Shown: positions 20,830-29,712 of the stretch, one piece after another
How the letters are laid out: the number at the start of each line of letters is the position of its first letter
How positions within the stretch are numbered: position 1 is the stretch's first letter
NCBI GenBank assembly: GCA_963705305.1
Contig: OY970067.1
Coordinates: 1,920,001-1,984,000, forward strand
DNA: 64,000 bases
Direction: 5' to 3'
Origin: an uncultured Methylomirabilota bacterium
Lineage (GTDB): Bacteria; Methylomirabilota; Methylomirabilia; Methylomirabilales; 2-02-FULL-66-22
The notes under the pieces: model-generated
The model's input: only the letters and a program-made list of their open reading frames with translations
What the model was told of the DNA's origin: nothing
Databases searched by the model: none
Position numbers and translations under genes: made by a program

Positions 20830-22470
20830 TCAGGCGCAGGCTGCCAGGGCCGTCTCCAGCTCCCCGAAACCGTCCAGGGACTCCAGGGTCGCTTCGCCGA
20901 TTCCCCGGAGCAGGACGAACCGGATCTGGCCGCTCTGGATCTTTTTGTCATACCGGACGAACCGGGTAACCTCCACGGCATCCATGGGGAGTGTCACCGG
21001 GAGGCCGAAGGCTTGCAGGAGCCGCTTCAGGCGGGTGAGGTCGTCCTCGCTGCAGAGCCGGCGGTGGGCCGAGAGGGTCGCGGCCACCGCCATGCCGATC
21101 GACACGGCCTCCCCGTGATTGGGGCCGTGGTACCCGGTGGCGGCCTCCAGGGCATGGCCCACCGTGTGGCCGAAGTTCAGCAGGGCCCGCACGCCGGTAT
21201 CCCATTCGTCCGCCTCCACCAGGTTGGCCTTGATCTCGCAGGCCTGGCGGACGAGGCGCGCCAGGACCCGGAGGTCGCGCGAGAGCACCTCCTCCACATT
21301 CCCCTCGAGGTACTCGAAGAGCTCCCGATCCCGGATCACCGCAACCTTCACCACCTCTGCCAGGCCGGCCCGGAACTCGCGGTCTTCCAGGGCGGTGAGG
21401 GTCTCCACGTCGCTGACCACCAGGCGCGGCTGATGGAAGGTCCCCACGAGGTTCTTTCCCTCCGGCAGGTTGACCCCCACCTTGCCCCCGATGCTGGTGT
21501 CGACCTGGGCGATCAGCGACGTGGGAAGATGGATCAGCGGGAGACCCCGGAGGTACGTGGCGGCGGCGTATCCGGCGATCTCCTCGATGACGACGCCCCC
21601 CAGGGCGAAGACGGGCGACCGGCGCTCCAGCCGGAGCTTGGCCATCTGCCGGTACAGCCAGCTGAGCTGCTCGAGCCCCTTGTCCTTCTCCTGCTCCGGG
21701 ATCTCGAGGCAGGTGACGACGCACCGGCTCTCATCGAGGACGCGCGCCAGGCGCAGGCCGAAGCGCTGGTTGTCCTTGGGATTGGTGATCAGCACGCCGG
21801 TCCCGGCGAGGTCGAGGCCCTGAATCAACCGCCCCACCTCGCCCAGGATGTTCGGGCCGATGATGACCTCGTGGGACCGGGGCCCCAGGGCCAGACGGAA
21901 GCCCTCGGCCGCGGCCGGCAGCGCCATCGCCGGTCCGCGGGGAGCCACGTGGTGCAGGTCCAGGAAATCCAGGATGTGCTTCACCACCTGGTCGATCGTC
22001 TGCGCGGAGGCGTCCACGATGAGGTCGGCCCTGGCGTAGACCGCTGCACGCTGCTCTAGAAGCGTCTGGATGCGCCCCAGCGTGTCCCCGCCCCAGAGCA
22101 TGGGTCGATCGTCGACCGAGCCGATGCGGGCCAGGATGGTTTTGGGGTCGGCGGTCAGCGTGATGACCAGGCCGTCCCGCTTCAGCGCCTCCAGATTGTG
22201 CGGGTTCACGATCGTCCCGCCCCCGGTGGCCACCACGCAGCCCGTCCGGTTCGCCACGTGCTCGACCATGCGGGTCTCCAGGGCACGAAAGGCGGACTCG
22301 CCCTGGGTCGCGAAGATCTGCGAGATGGGCATCCTGGCCTCGGCGGCGATCAGCGTGTCGAGGTCAAGAAAGTCGTACCCCAGCCGGATGGCCAGGCGCC
22401 GGCCCACCGAGGACTTGCCGGTGGCCATGAAACCCGCGAGGATAATATTTTGTCTGCCAGCCTGTGTCAT
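20830..22470 (-). CDS. aroKB: Bifunctional shikimate kinase / 3-dehydroquinate synthase fusion
   Basis: GFMATGKS, GESAFRALE, ATGGG, RPML (AroK); PTSLIAQVD.SIGGK, GKNLVGTFHQP, AEVVK, LNFGHTVGHALE, HGEAV (AroB). Confidence 0.88.
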   Translation of the reverse strand: MTQAGRQNIILAGFMATGKSSVGRRLAIRLGYDFLDLDTLIAAEARMPISQIFATQGESAFRALETRMVEHVANRTGCVVATGGGTIVNPHNLEALKRDGLVITLTADPKTILARIGSVDDRPMLWGGDTLGRIQTLLEQRAAVYARADLIVDASAQTIDQVVKHILDFLDLHHVAPRGPAMALPAAAEGFRLALGPRSHEVIIGPNILGEVGRLIQGLDLAGTGVLITNPKDNQRFGLRLARVLDESRCVVTCLEIPEQEKDKGLEQLSWLYRQMAKLRLERRSPVFALGGVVIEEIAGYAAATYLRGLPLIHLPTSLIAQVDTSIGGKVGVNLPEGKNLVGTFHQPRLVVSDVETLTALEDREFRAGLAEVVKVAVIRDRELFEYLEGNVEEVLSRDLRVLARLVRQACEIKANLVEADEWDTGVRALLNFGHTVGHALEAATGYHGPNHGEAVSIGMAVAATLSAHRRLCSEDDLTRLKRLLQAFGLPVTLPMDAVEVTRFVRYDKKIQSGQIRFVLLRGIGEATLESLDGFGELETALAACA

Positions 22471-22509
22471 ATCTGCTTCCGTGAGGTCGGCGGGAAGTAC
22501 GTAGATCTC

Positions 22510-22636
22510 GTTCCGAAGATATCTCACCACCAAGGCGCCAGAAATACCATGGCTGAAATGGGCGGATTACCGAGGGGCTGGAGCCGCGTCAAGTCCCCAC
22601 CAGGAATGCTGGAGGGGAATCCTGGTGTCATGGCGC
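22510..22636. repeat. Degenerate copy 3 of the palindromic element
   Basis: TTCCGAAGATATCTCACCACCAAGGCGCCA left arm and CTGGTGTCATGGCG right arm; different, longer spacer. Confidence 0.6.
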
Positions 22637-22685
22637 TCGATGATCTTTCTGGACTCTGAATAGGATGTACCTTAGGGCATCGGAA

Positions 22686-22855
22686 GCGACCAGTCAAGCG
22701 GAAGCGCAATGCCCCCCGCCGACTTGAGCCGGGGCTCGCGCACCCGTTCAGGATGACCGGCAAAGGCATCGTTCGTGGGAGAGAACTTCCTCCTCCCGCG
22801 CATGCCGGTTGGGTGATCCCTGTTCCCTGGCTGAATGGCGCCTTGACCAGATCGC
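22686..22855 (+). ncRNA. Possible rod-shaped structured RNA (6S-like?)
   Basis: Six nested helices found by hand, with G-U pairs favouring the + strand; no credible ORF. Confidence 0.25.
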
Positions 22856-23016
22856 CCATCTCTGCGAGGCCGAATTCCCCCACCCCCGAGGTCGCCGGGC
22901 CGGGACCGCCGAGCCCCAGGCCCGGCCTGCCAGCCGGATCCAACCCCTCCGCATACCCCCAGCAACAGGGCAGGTCTCGCGGGACTCCCGGCGACCTTGG
23001 CCGGCGGTGAGTATCC

Positions 23017-24003
23017 TTAAGGAATGCTGATGACGGTCTTGACGCGGCGAGGAGAGCGAAAGTCTGCCAGAGCTTGGCCGACCTCATCGAGGGGCCTCAC
23101 CTCCGTCAGGAGCGGAGTGACACGGATCTTTCCCTCCTTCAGAAGGTCGAGGACCGCCGGAAACTCGTCCGTGTAGATCATGGAGCCCAAGATGTTGAGC
23201 TCCTTCCGGGTGATCAGCGCCGAGGGCACGGAGGACTCCTTGTCGGGGAGCCCGGTGAGCACCACCCGGCCCCCAGGGGCGCTGAGCGCGACGATCTGGC
23301 CCGGCGCCTCGGGAACACCGCTGGTTTCATAGACGATTGAGAACGAGTCTGCATTATCTTGCAGTTCCGAGGTTGAGGCGAGTAGGGGCCTCGCTCCCAA
23401 TTCCGCGGCGAGGGCCAGCCGGGGCTCGGCGACGTCCAGGGCCGACACGTCCGCACCGGCCAGAGCGCACAACTGCACAAACAGAAGTCCAATTGCACCG
23501 GCCCCATAAACGAGGACCTTTTCCCTGAGATGAGGGAGGGCTGCGCGAAAACCATGAAAGGCTACGGCCAGCGGCTCTGCGAAGACGGCCGTCTCGTAGG
23601 GAAGTCCCTCGGGAAGGGCCCACACGAAGCTCTCCGGGGCGGCGACGTACTCGGCGAACACACCGTGGACGTCCAAGCCCAGCCGTACCTTGTGGCGGCA
23701 GATGTTGATCCGGCCGCTTCGGCACATGTCGCAGGCCCCGCACGCGAAATTCGGCTGCAGGACGACCCGCTCGCCGATGTGGAAACGGGACGCCCCGGGG
23801 CCCAGCGCCGCAACGTCCCCCACCGCCTCGTGGCCCAGGACGAGCGGGAGCGGTCCGCGGAGCGATCCAGAATATGCGGCATAGTCGGTGCCGCATATCC
23901 CCGCCTGCCGGAGGCGGACCAAGACTTCCTTCGGTTGCGGGTCAGGGGCGGGGATATCCGCCATTTCTATCTTGCCGGGTGCAACAAGAACCGCCGCCTT
24001 CAT
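23017..24003 (-). CDS. Zn-dependent dehydrogenase (sorbitol/threonine dehydrogenase-like)
   Basis: GICGTD, GHEAVG, CGACDMC..G..NIC, GAGAIG; GGAGG RBS. Confidence 0.9.
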   Translation of the reverse strand: MKAAVLVAPGKIEMADIPAPDPQPKEVLVRLRQAGICGTDYAAYSGSLRGPLPLVLGHEAVGDVAALGPGASRFHIGERVVLQPNFACGACDMCRSGRINICRHKVRLGLDVHGVFAEYVAAPESFVWALPEGLPYETAVFAEPLAVAFHGFRAALPHLREKVLVYGAGAIGLLFVQLCALAGADVSALDVAEPRLALAAELGARPLLASTSELQDNADSFSIVYETSGVPEAPGQIVALSAPGGRVVLTGLPDKESSVPSALITRKELNILGSMIYTDEFPAVLDLLKEGKIRVTPLLTEVRPLDEVGQALADFRSPRRVKTVISIP

Positions 24004-24074
24004 TTTTCCTCCGCCCTGGGTCCTGACTGGTTTCCCTCGAGGGATTGTGGGAGAAATGGAGGGATGAGAATCCC

Positions 24075-24130
24075 TTGACAGCATCCTTGAACCTATGCTA
24101 CCGATATTTCCGAAATATTTCAAAGGAATT
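24075..24130 (+). promoter_or_regulatory. gntR1 promoter/operator region
   Basis: TTGACA at 24075; ATATTTC-C-GAAATAT palindrome at 24104-24118; TAT at 24094, 24105 and 24116 (11-bp phase). Confidence 0.55.
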
Positions 24131-24160
24131 TGTGTGAAAATCTACGCAGGTTGAGAAGAA

Positions 24161-24802
24161 ATGAGAGATTTCAAGAGCAAGAAGCTGCGTGTCTATGAGA
24201 CGCTGAAACAGCGGATCATCAACCATGCTCTGCCGCCCGGCGAACCGATCAACGAAGCGATCCTGTCCAGAGACCTCAAGATAAGCAAGACGCCCATCCG
24301 CGAGGCCCTTCAGCAATTAGAGAAAGAGGGGTTTGTTGAGAATTTCCCTGGAAGGGGCAATTTCGTGTCCCGCATCTCCCTCCAGGATCTCCGGGAAACC
24401 TTCGAGATCCGAGAGATCCTGGAGTGCGAAGCAGGCAAGCGGGCGGCGCTCAAGCATGACCCCGGGAAACTAGAGGCGATCCGCAAGGCATTCGAGTCCG
24501 GGCAGGAGTCGCCCCCGGGAAGACTGCCCAGCCATTTCCGCTCGGGCGACCAGATCCACGCCTTCATCTTCGAGTCGCTGGGGAATCAGCGTCTGCAGGA
24601 GTTCTACCGACGGCTCTTGGATCACATCGTGCGGCATCGCATTCACTTCTTCAGCAATTCCCATGTCGGGCGGTCGGAGGCTTCGTACCAGGAGCACCTC
24701 GAGATCCTCGACGCCCTGGCCGCGCGGGACCCGGCCCGCTGCGAGCAGGCCATCAAGATGCATCTCAGGAATTCCCTCGACTACATCAAAAATATCATTT
24801 GA
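24161..24802 (+). CDS. GntR-family regulator (FCD domain), paralogue 1
   Basis: LPPGEPINE..LSRDL.ISKTPIREAL..LE.EG wHTH; EHLEILDAL..RD FCD. Confidence 0.93.
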   Translation: MRDFKSKKLRVYETLKQRIINHALPPGEPINEAILSRDLKISKTPIREALQQLEKEGFVENFPGRGNFVSRISLQDLRETFEIREILECEAGKRAALKHDPGKLEAIRKAFESGQESPPGRLPSHFRSGDQIHAFIFESLGNQRLQEFYRRLLDHIVRHRIHFFSNSHVGRSEASYQEHLEILDALAARDPARCEQAIKMHLRNSLDYIKNII

Positions 24803-24943
24803 GGTAAAAGGATCTCGAGAACTGACAGTAAGCCCTCCAACATCACTTGTGCCCCACCGAACACCGGAGAAGGGCAACCCGGCGGGGCGATCATCCATCC
24901 GTGCGATGCCGCGCTGTTCGGCCTCTTCCTTGGAGTGGCGTGA

Positions 24944-25690
24944 ATGGAACTGGAAGGGCTCGTGGCGATAATCACAGGATCGGGAAAGGGGATAGGCAAA
25001 GGCATTGCCGACGCATTCTTCCGGGAAGGCGCTCGGGTCGCCCTGTGGGATACGGACCTCGGATTGGTGAGACAGACGCGGACGGAACTCGATGCGTCAG
25101 GGCAGCGGACCCTTGCCGCAGGGGTCGACATCACGAGCGAGGCAGACGTTGGCCGGGCGGTCTCGCAAACGGGAGACAGATTCGGACGAATAGATGTCCT
25201 GGTCAACAACGCGGGGATTTCCCGTCATCGGCCGATTGAAGACATGACCGTCGAAATGTTCGAATCCGTGATGAGGGTCAACGTCACGGGGACGTTCATC
25301 TGTTGCCGGGCGGTCACCCCGATCATGAAGCGACAGAACAGGGGAAAGATCGTCAACATCTCCTCCCTGGGGGGTCGGACCGGCCGGCCGGGAGTTGCCG
25401 TCAACTATGCGGCGTCGAAGGCGGCCGTCATCGGCCTCACACAGACCCTGGCGAAGGAGCTTGGGCCTTCTGGCATATGGGTGAACGCCATCGCTCCCGG
25501 TCCGATCCTGACGGAGCAAACACGGCAGTACGTTCCCGAGCCGTTCGCCTCGTGGAACGTCGGTCGTGCGATTCTGAAGGACGGGTTGGCGGAGGATGTG
25601 GCCGGCGCCGCGGTCTATCTGGCATCGAGACGGTCGGATTGGGTGACCGGTGTAACCCTTGATGTGAACGGAGGGATCCTGATCCGCTGA
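24944..25690 (+). CDS. SDR oxidoreductase, paralogue of 39874-40620
   Basis: TGSGKGIG, NNAG, YAASK. Confidence 0.9.
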   Translation: MELEGLVAIITGSGKGIGKGIADAFFREGARVALWDTDLGLVRQTRTELDASGQRTLAAGVDITSEADVGRAVSQTGDRFGRIDVLVNNAGISRHRPIEDMTVEMFESVMRVNVTGTFICCRAVTPIMKRQNRGKIVNISSLGGRTGRPGVAVNYAASKAAVIGLTQTLAKELGPSGIWVNAIAPGPILTEQTRQYVPEPFASWNVGRAILKDGLAEDVAGAAVYLASRRSDWVTGVTLDVNGGILIR

Positions 25691-25823
25691 TAGAGGGTTC
25701 CTGCTGCCTTCTTTGGTCTGAAAGCAAGAGGTGGCGCCAGCCACCTCGATCGGCGTCAGAGGCGCCCCAAACGGAACGCGCGCACGGGCCGAGGTCGGCA
25801 ATCGGGCAGCGAATGAGGCGAGG

Positions 25824-27749
25824 ATGTCTGAGCGAGTGACCGCCCCCCTCGAGGGAGGCACGGAAATTGATGTCATGGCCAACCCGCCCGGGCAGCTGTC
25901 CGCTCTCGCGGACAGTTGCCGATTCGCCCCGTGGCTGGAAAGGACCTTCGATGCGGTTCTGATATTCATTCTGTTCTCAGAGCTGGTGCTGCTGTTCGGG
26001 AATACGATGTTGCGCGCCATTTGGGGAGAGTCCATTGAGTGGGCCAACGAGGCCGCGGGGTTTGCGCTGACCTCCTTGGCATTTATCGGGGGTGCTATCG
26101 CGTACCATCGCGGCTTGCACATGTCCGTGCATTACGTGCTGGAACGTCTCCCGAGCAAATTGCGAGGGTACGGGGAGGCGGCGGGGCATTGCATCACGCT
26201 GGCCGTCGCCGCCGTCGGGATCGGCCTCGCCTATCCGATGTTTTCCAGCTCTTGGTCGAACTGGACTCCTGTTCTTCAGATTCCCATATCGTGGACACTC
26301 CTGCCATACATCATCGGGATGGTCCTGCTGGCCGTATTTTCCCTGAGACGGCTGGTCAGGTACCCCCTCCGGATCTCAGTGGCCGGCGGAGTACTCGTCC
26401 TGGTACTGGGATCGATCTGGTTCTGGGCGCAGCAATACACGGGGCCGTGGAACGGCCTGGGTGGGATTTCGATCGCCCTGCTGCTCTTGCTGGCGATGGT
26501 CCTTTTCGGCGTCCCGATCGCCTTCGTGCTGACGATTGTGGCGTACATGTCTCTGGTGAGCGCCAGATCCGCCGAGATCATCGCCGTGCCGTTCGCGATG
26601 CAGAATGGAATCAGCAGCTTCATCTTGCTGGCCGTTCCTTTCTTCATCCTAGCAGGCAATATCATGACCGAGGGGGGTCTCACGAAACCCCTGGCAGATT
26701 GGGTCTGCTCGCTGGTGGGCCGCTTCCAGGGCGGGCTCATGCAGGCCGTCATCGTCGCCATGTACATCTTTTCCGGAATCTCGGGGTCCAAGATCGCGGA
26801 CGTCGCCGCGGTTGGCACCGCATTGAAGGGCATGTTGAAGGAACAAGGGTATCATCCAGCGGAGAGTACGGCTGCGTTTGCCGCCGCGGGGATCATGGGT
26901 GAAACCATTCCGCCCAGCCTCGTCATGATGGTGCTGGCATCGATCACCACGCTCTCCGTCGGCACCTTCTTTGTGACCGGGGTGGTTCCAGCCACGCTGA
27001 TGGCGCTCTCCCTGATGGTCTTCATTTGTTGCCGCGCGCGACTAAAAAGATGGCCGAGGTGCGAGCCGGTGTCGTGGGGGGTGAGGACCAAGCTCACCCT
27101 CTTGGCGGTGCCGGCGTTGCTGGTGCCGGTCATCTTGGTCGTGGGAATCGCAGGCGGGATTGCGACGCCGACCGAGGTCTCCTCCTTCGCGGTCGTGTAC
27201 GCCATACTGATCGCCATGGTACTCTATCGAAGCCTGGGAGTCCCCGGTCTCTCGGCTACGATGGGGCATGCAGCGGTGGCCTCGGGAATGATCCTCTTCA
27301 TGGTGTCCGCGGGATGCGCATTCTCCTGGAGTCTCACCATCGGCGGCCTGCCGAATCTGATCACGCAGTTTCTGAACAGTCTGGGGGGGTCGTCCGCCGT
27401 GTTCATGGTCACGTCGATCCTGACGTTGATTGTCATGGGCTCGATGCTGGAAGGCCTGCCCTCGCTGCTGATTTTCGGCCCGCTGCTGCTGCCGCTCGCC
27501 ACACAATACGGCGTGAATCAACTGCACTTCGGCATCGTGATCATTATCGCCATGGGCATCGGGACGTTCATCCCTCCCTTCGGGATCTGTTATTTCGTCA
27601 CCTGCGCGGTGCTCGAGGCCAGCGTGGAGGAGTCGACCCCCAGGTTCCTGCCGTACCTGGCCATCACGGTTGTGGGGCTGATAGTGATAGCGGCGGTTCC
27701 GTGGTTCAGCCTGGCGCTGCCAGCGGCGCTGCATCTTTCGGTGAAATGA
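25824..27749 (+). CDS. TRAP transporter fused small+large permease (DctQM); start uncertain
   Basis: DctQ-like N-terminal part; LLAVPFFILAG, FSGISGSKIAD, IPPS, ATPTE DctM motifs. Confidence 0.9.
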   Translation: MSERVTAPLEGGTEIDVMANPPGQLSALADSCRFAPWLERTFDAVLIFILFSELVLLFGNTMLRAIWGESIEWANEAAGFALTSLAFIGGAIAYHRGLHMSVHYVLERLPSKLRGYGEAAGHCITLAVAAVGIGLAYPMFSSSWSNWTPVLQIPISWTLLPYIIGMVLLAVFSLRRLVRYPLRISVAGGVLVLVLGSIWFWAQQYTGPWNGLGGISIALLLLLAMVLFGVPIAFVLTIVAYMSLVSARSAEIIAVPFAMQNGISSFILLAVPFFILAGNIMTEGGLTKPLADWVCSLVGRFQGGLMQAVIVAMYIFSGISGSKIADVAAVGTALKGMLKEQGYHPAESTAAFAAAGIMGETIPPSLVMMVLASITTLSVGTFFVTGVVPATLMALSLMVFICCRARLKRWPRCEPVSWGVRTKLTLLAVPALLVPVILVVGIAGGIATPTEVSSFAVVYAILIAMVLYRSLGVPGLSATMGHAAVASGMILFMVSAGCAFSWSLTIGGLPNLITQFLNSLGGSSAVFMVTSILTLIVMGSMLEGLPSLLIFGPLLLPLATQYGVNQLHFGIVIIIAMGIGTFIPPFGICYFVTCAVLEASVEESTPRFLPYLAITVVGLIVIAAVPWFSLALPAALHLSVK

Positions 27750-27908
27750 ACAGCGGACGGACATCGTCCGGCAGGACCGGGCCCACAGGGGGCGGGCGGC
27801 CGTTATTTCCCGATCCGGGATCATGATCATTCGGGGAGGAGGTGAAGAGGTTTCCAGGCTTCTGGCGAGGGGTCTACACGTCGCGGGTGTGCATTGAAGG
27901 AGGATGCG

Positions 27909-28958
27909 ATGAGGAAATCATTGGCGTTCGGTCTGATCACCCTCGGGATTTGTCTGGTGGCGTTGGCGGGACCTTCCTGGCTGGGTGTCCCACAAGCGCA
28001 GGCGGCGCAGTTCGAGATTAAGCTCGGCCATGCGGACCCACCGGATGTCTACACCTCCCGGAAGGCGGCCTCGTCGTCGGTTTTCAAGCAGATGGTGGAG
28101 AGCGAGACGGGCGGCGCCGTTGCGGTCAACCTGTTCCCGGCCGGCCAACTGGGAGGGGAAGCCCAGCTGGCTCAGGCCACGAAGCTGGGCAGCATTCAGG
28201 TGTCCATGCTGTCCGGGCCGTTTAGCACTTTCTGCCCGGAGGCGCAGGTCTTCGACATCCCCTATCTTTTTCCTTCGTACCTCGTGGCGTGGAATGTCCT
28301 CGCCGGGCCGTTCGGTAAGGATCTGGCCCAGGAGTGCCTGAAGAAGTCGGGGATGCGGATCCTGGAGTACGGCCAGGTGGGGTTCCGGAACTTCACGAAC
28401 TCGACCCGGCCGATCAAGTCGCCGGCGGACCTAAAGGGCATGAAGATCCGGGTGATGGAGAGCCCGGTCTACATGTCGCTCGTCCGGGCCCTGGGCGGCT
28501 CCCCGACCCCGGTTCCCTGGACGGAAACCTATACCGCCTTGCAGCAGAAGGTCGTCGACGGTGAGGAGAACCCCGTATCGTCCATCAAGTTCGCGAAGCT
28601 CTACGAGGTGCAGAAGTACCTGACCCTGGATGGGCATTCGTACGGGGTCAGCTTCATGCTCATGAATGAGAAGTTCTTCCAGAGCCTGCCCAAGCAGTAT
28701 CAGACCATTGTGAAGAACGCGGCGCTCACTGCCAGCGTTGTTGAAGACGGGATCGACACGCTCGATTCGTCCCTCGGCATCCAGTTCCTGAAAGACAAGG
28801 GGATGGAGGTGTACGCCCCCACGCCTGCGGAGAAGGAGGCCTTCAAGGCGGCCGCGCAGCCCGCGGTCATCGAGTACCTGGAGAAACAGATTGGACGGCC
28901 ATGGATCGATAAGGTGTTGAACGCCGTCAAGGCGACGGAAGCGTCGTTGGGGAACTAG
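27909..28958 (+). CDS. dctP: TRAP substrate-binding protein DctP
   Basis: Signal peptide; FPAGQLG, DLKGMKIRVM, YTALQQKVVDGEENP. Confidence 0.92.
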   Translation: MRKSLAFGLITLGICLVALAGPSWLGVPQAQAAQFEIKLGHADPPDVYTSRKAASSSVFKQMVESETGGAVAVNLFPAGQLGGEAQLAQATKLGSIQVSMLSGPFSTFCPEAQVFDIPYLFPSYLVAWNVLAGPFGKDLAQECLKKSGMRILEYGQVGFRNFTNSTRPIKSPADLKGMKIRVMESPVYMSLVRALGGSPTPVPWTETYTALQQKVVDGEENPVSSIKFAKLYEVQKYLTLDGHSYGVSFMLMNEKFFQSLPKQYQTIVKNAALTASVVEDGIDTLDSSLGIQFLKDKGMEVYAPTPAEKEAFKAAAQPAVIEYLEKQIGRPWIDKVLNAVKATEASLGN

Positions 28959-29132
28959 CAGGCTGCTGAAAAAGGCCCATCTGCCGCGTTGGCCCGCTCG
29001 GGCACTCGCTGCGGCGTATCGGAAGTACGCCTTGACCCGCCTGCGGCGGGTGCCCCGCCCATCGCGCGCGGCCTTGCATCTGGGCCCTTTTGAGCAGCCT
29101 GGGCGAAACCGGGCCTTTCAGTATCTTGCTAG
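28955..29132. mobile_element. Non-autonomous miniature inverted-repeat element (MITE), CTAG-flanked
   Basis: IR CAGGCTGCTGAAAAAGGCCCATCTGC (28959-28984) vs GCATCTGGGCCCTTTTGAGCAGCCTG (29076-29101), 22/26 match; second degenerate right end TTTCAGTATCTTG-CTAG; CTAG at 28955 and 29129. Confidence 0.7.
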
Positions 29133-29253
29133 AAGCGGCGAGGGTGCGCTGCCGGCCTGCGCAGGATAGCTACCGGACACTGCGGGGGCGGAGAGGTGCG
29201 TCCACCCCCGCAGCGGGCGGGAGTCGCGGGGCCGGGGATGGAGTTCAGCCGCC

Positions 29254-29562
29254 GTGGTGATCCAGTTTTTCGCGAGCCTGCGCGACATCACGCAAGAAAA
29301 GCAGATTGAATGGGAGCCCTGTCCGTCCACCCTGGGCGAGTTGCTCCGCCAGCTCTCCGAGAAATACGGCCCGCCGTTTCAGCGCTGGGTGCTCGACGGT
29401 GAGACGCTGGGCGAGTCGGTCCTGGTCCTGGTCAACGGCCGGGATGCGCGCCACGGCGCGGACCTCGAGACGCCCCTGGCCCCCGCCGATGTCGTCTCCA
29501 TTCTTCCGATGATGGCCGGCGGGAGGGCGCCGGCCAGCTGCCAACCCACCCTCCCCGGGTAG
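29254..29562 (+). CDS. MoaD/ThiS/SAMP-like ubiquitin-fold sulfur carrier; GG motif followed by a 12-aa tail
   Basis: FFASLRDIT, TLGELL..L...YG, VLVNGRD, LETPL...DVVSILP..AGG. Confidence 0.85.
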   Translation: MVIQFFASLRDITQEKQIEWEPCPSTLGELLRQLSEKYGPPFQRWVLDGETLGESVLVLVNGRDARHGADLETPLAPADVVSILPMMAGGRAPASCQPTLPG

Positions 29563-29599
29563 TGGGCCACGATTCGTCTGCGGGCGCTACAGTTTTCCC

Positions 29600-29658
29600 T
29601 TGACATTAGCCTGCCAATGACTATTTTTATTATATAATTGCACTATAGCGAAGATATA
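29600..29658 (+). promoter_or_regulatory. etfB promoter with phased TATA array
   Basis: TTGACA 29600, TATTTT 29622, TATA at 29633, 29644 and 29655; same layout as 37354-37412. Confidence 0.7.
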
Positions 29659-29712
29659 CTGATGGGAGGGGCATGGGGGGTCGGCCGGCCCAACCCGTCG
29701 ATAGGAGAGCAG

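Noticed and set aside
22860..22900. Resemblance of GGCCGAATTCCCC..CGAGG to the large SRP RNA
   Set aside because: The conserved SRP domain IV motif (TCAGG..CGGAAGG.AGCAG) is not present on either strand nearby.
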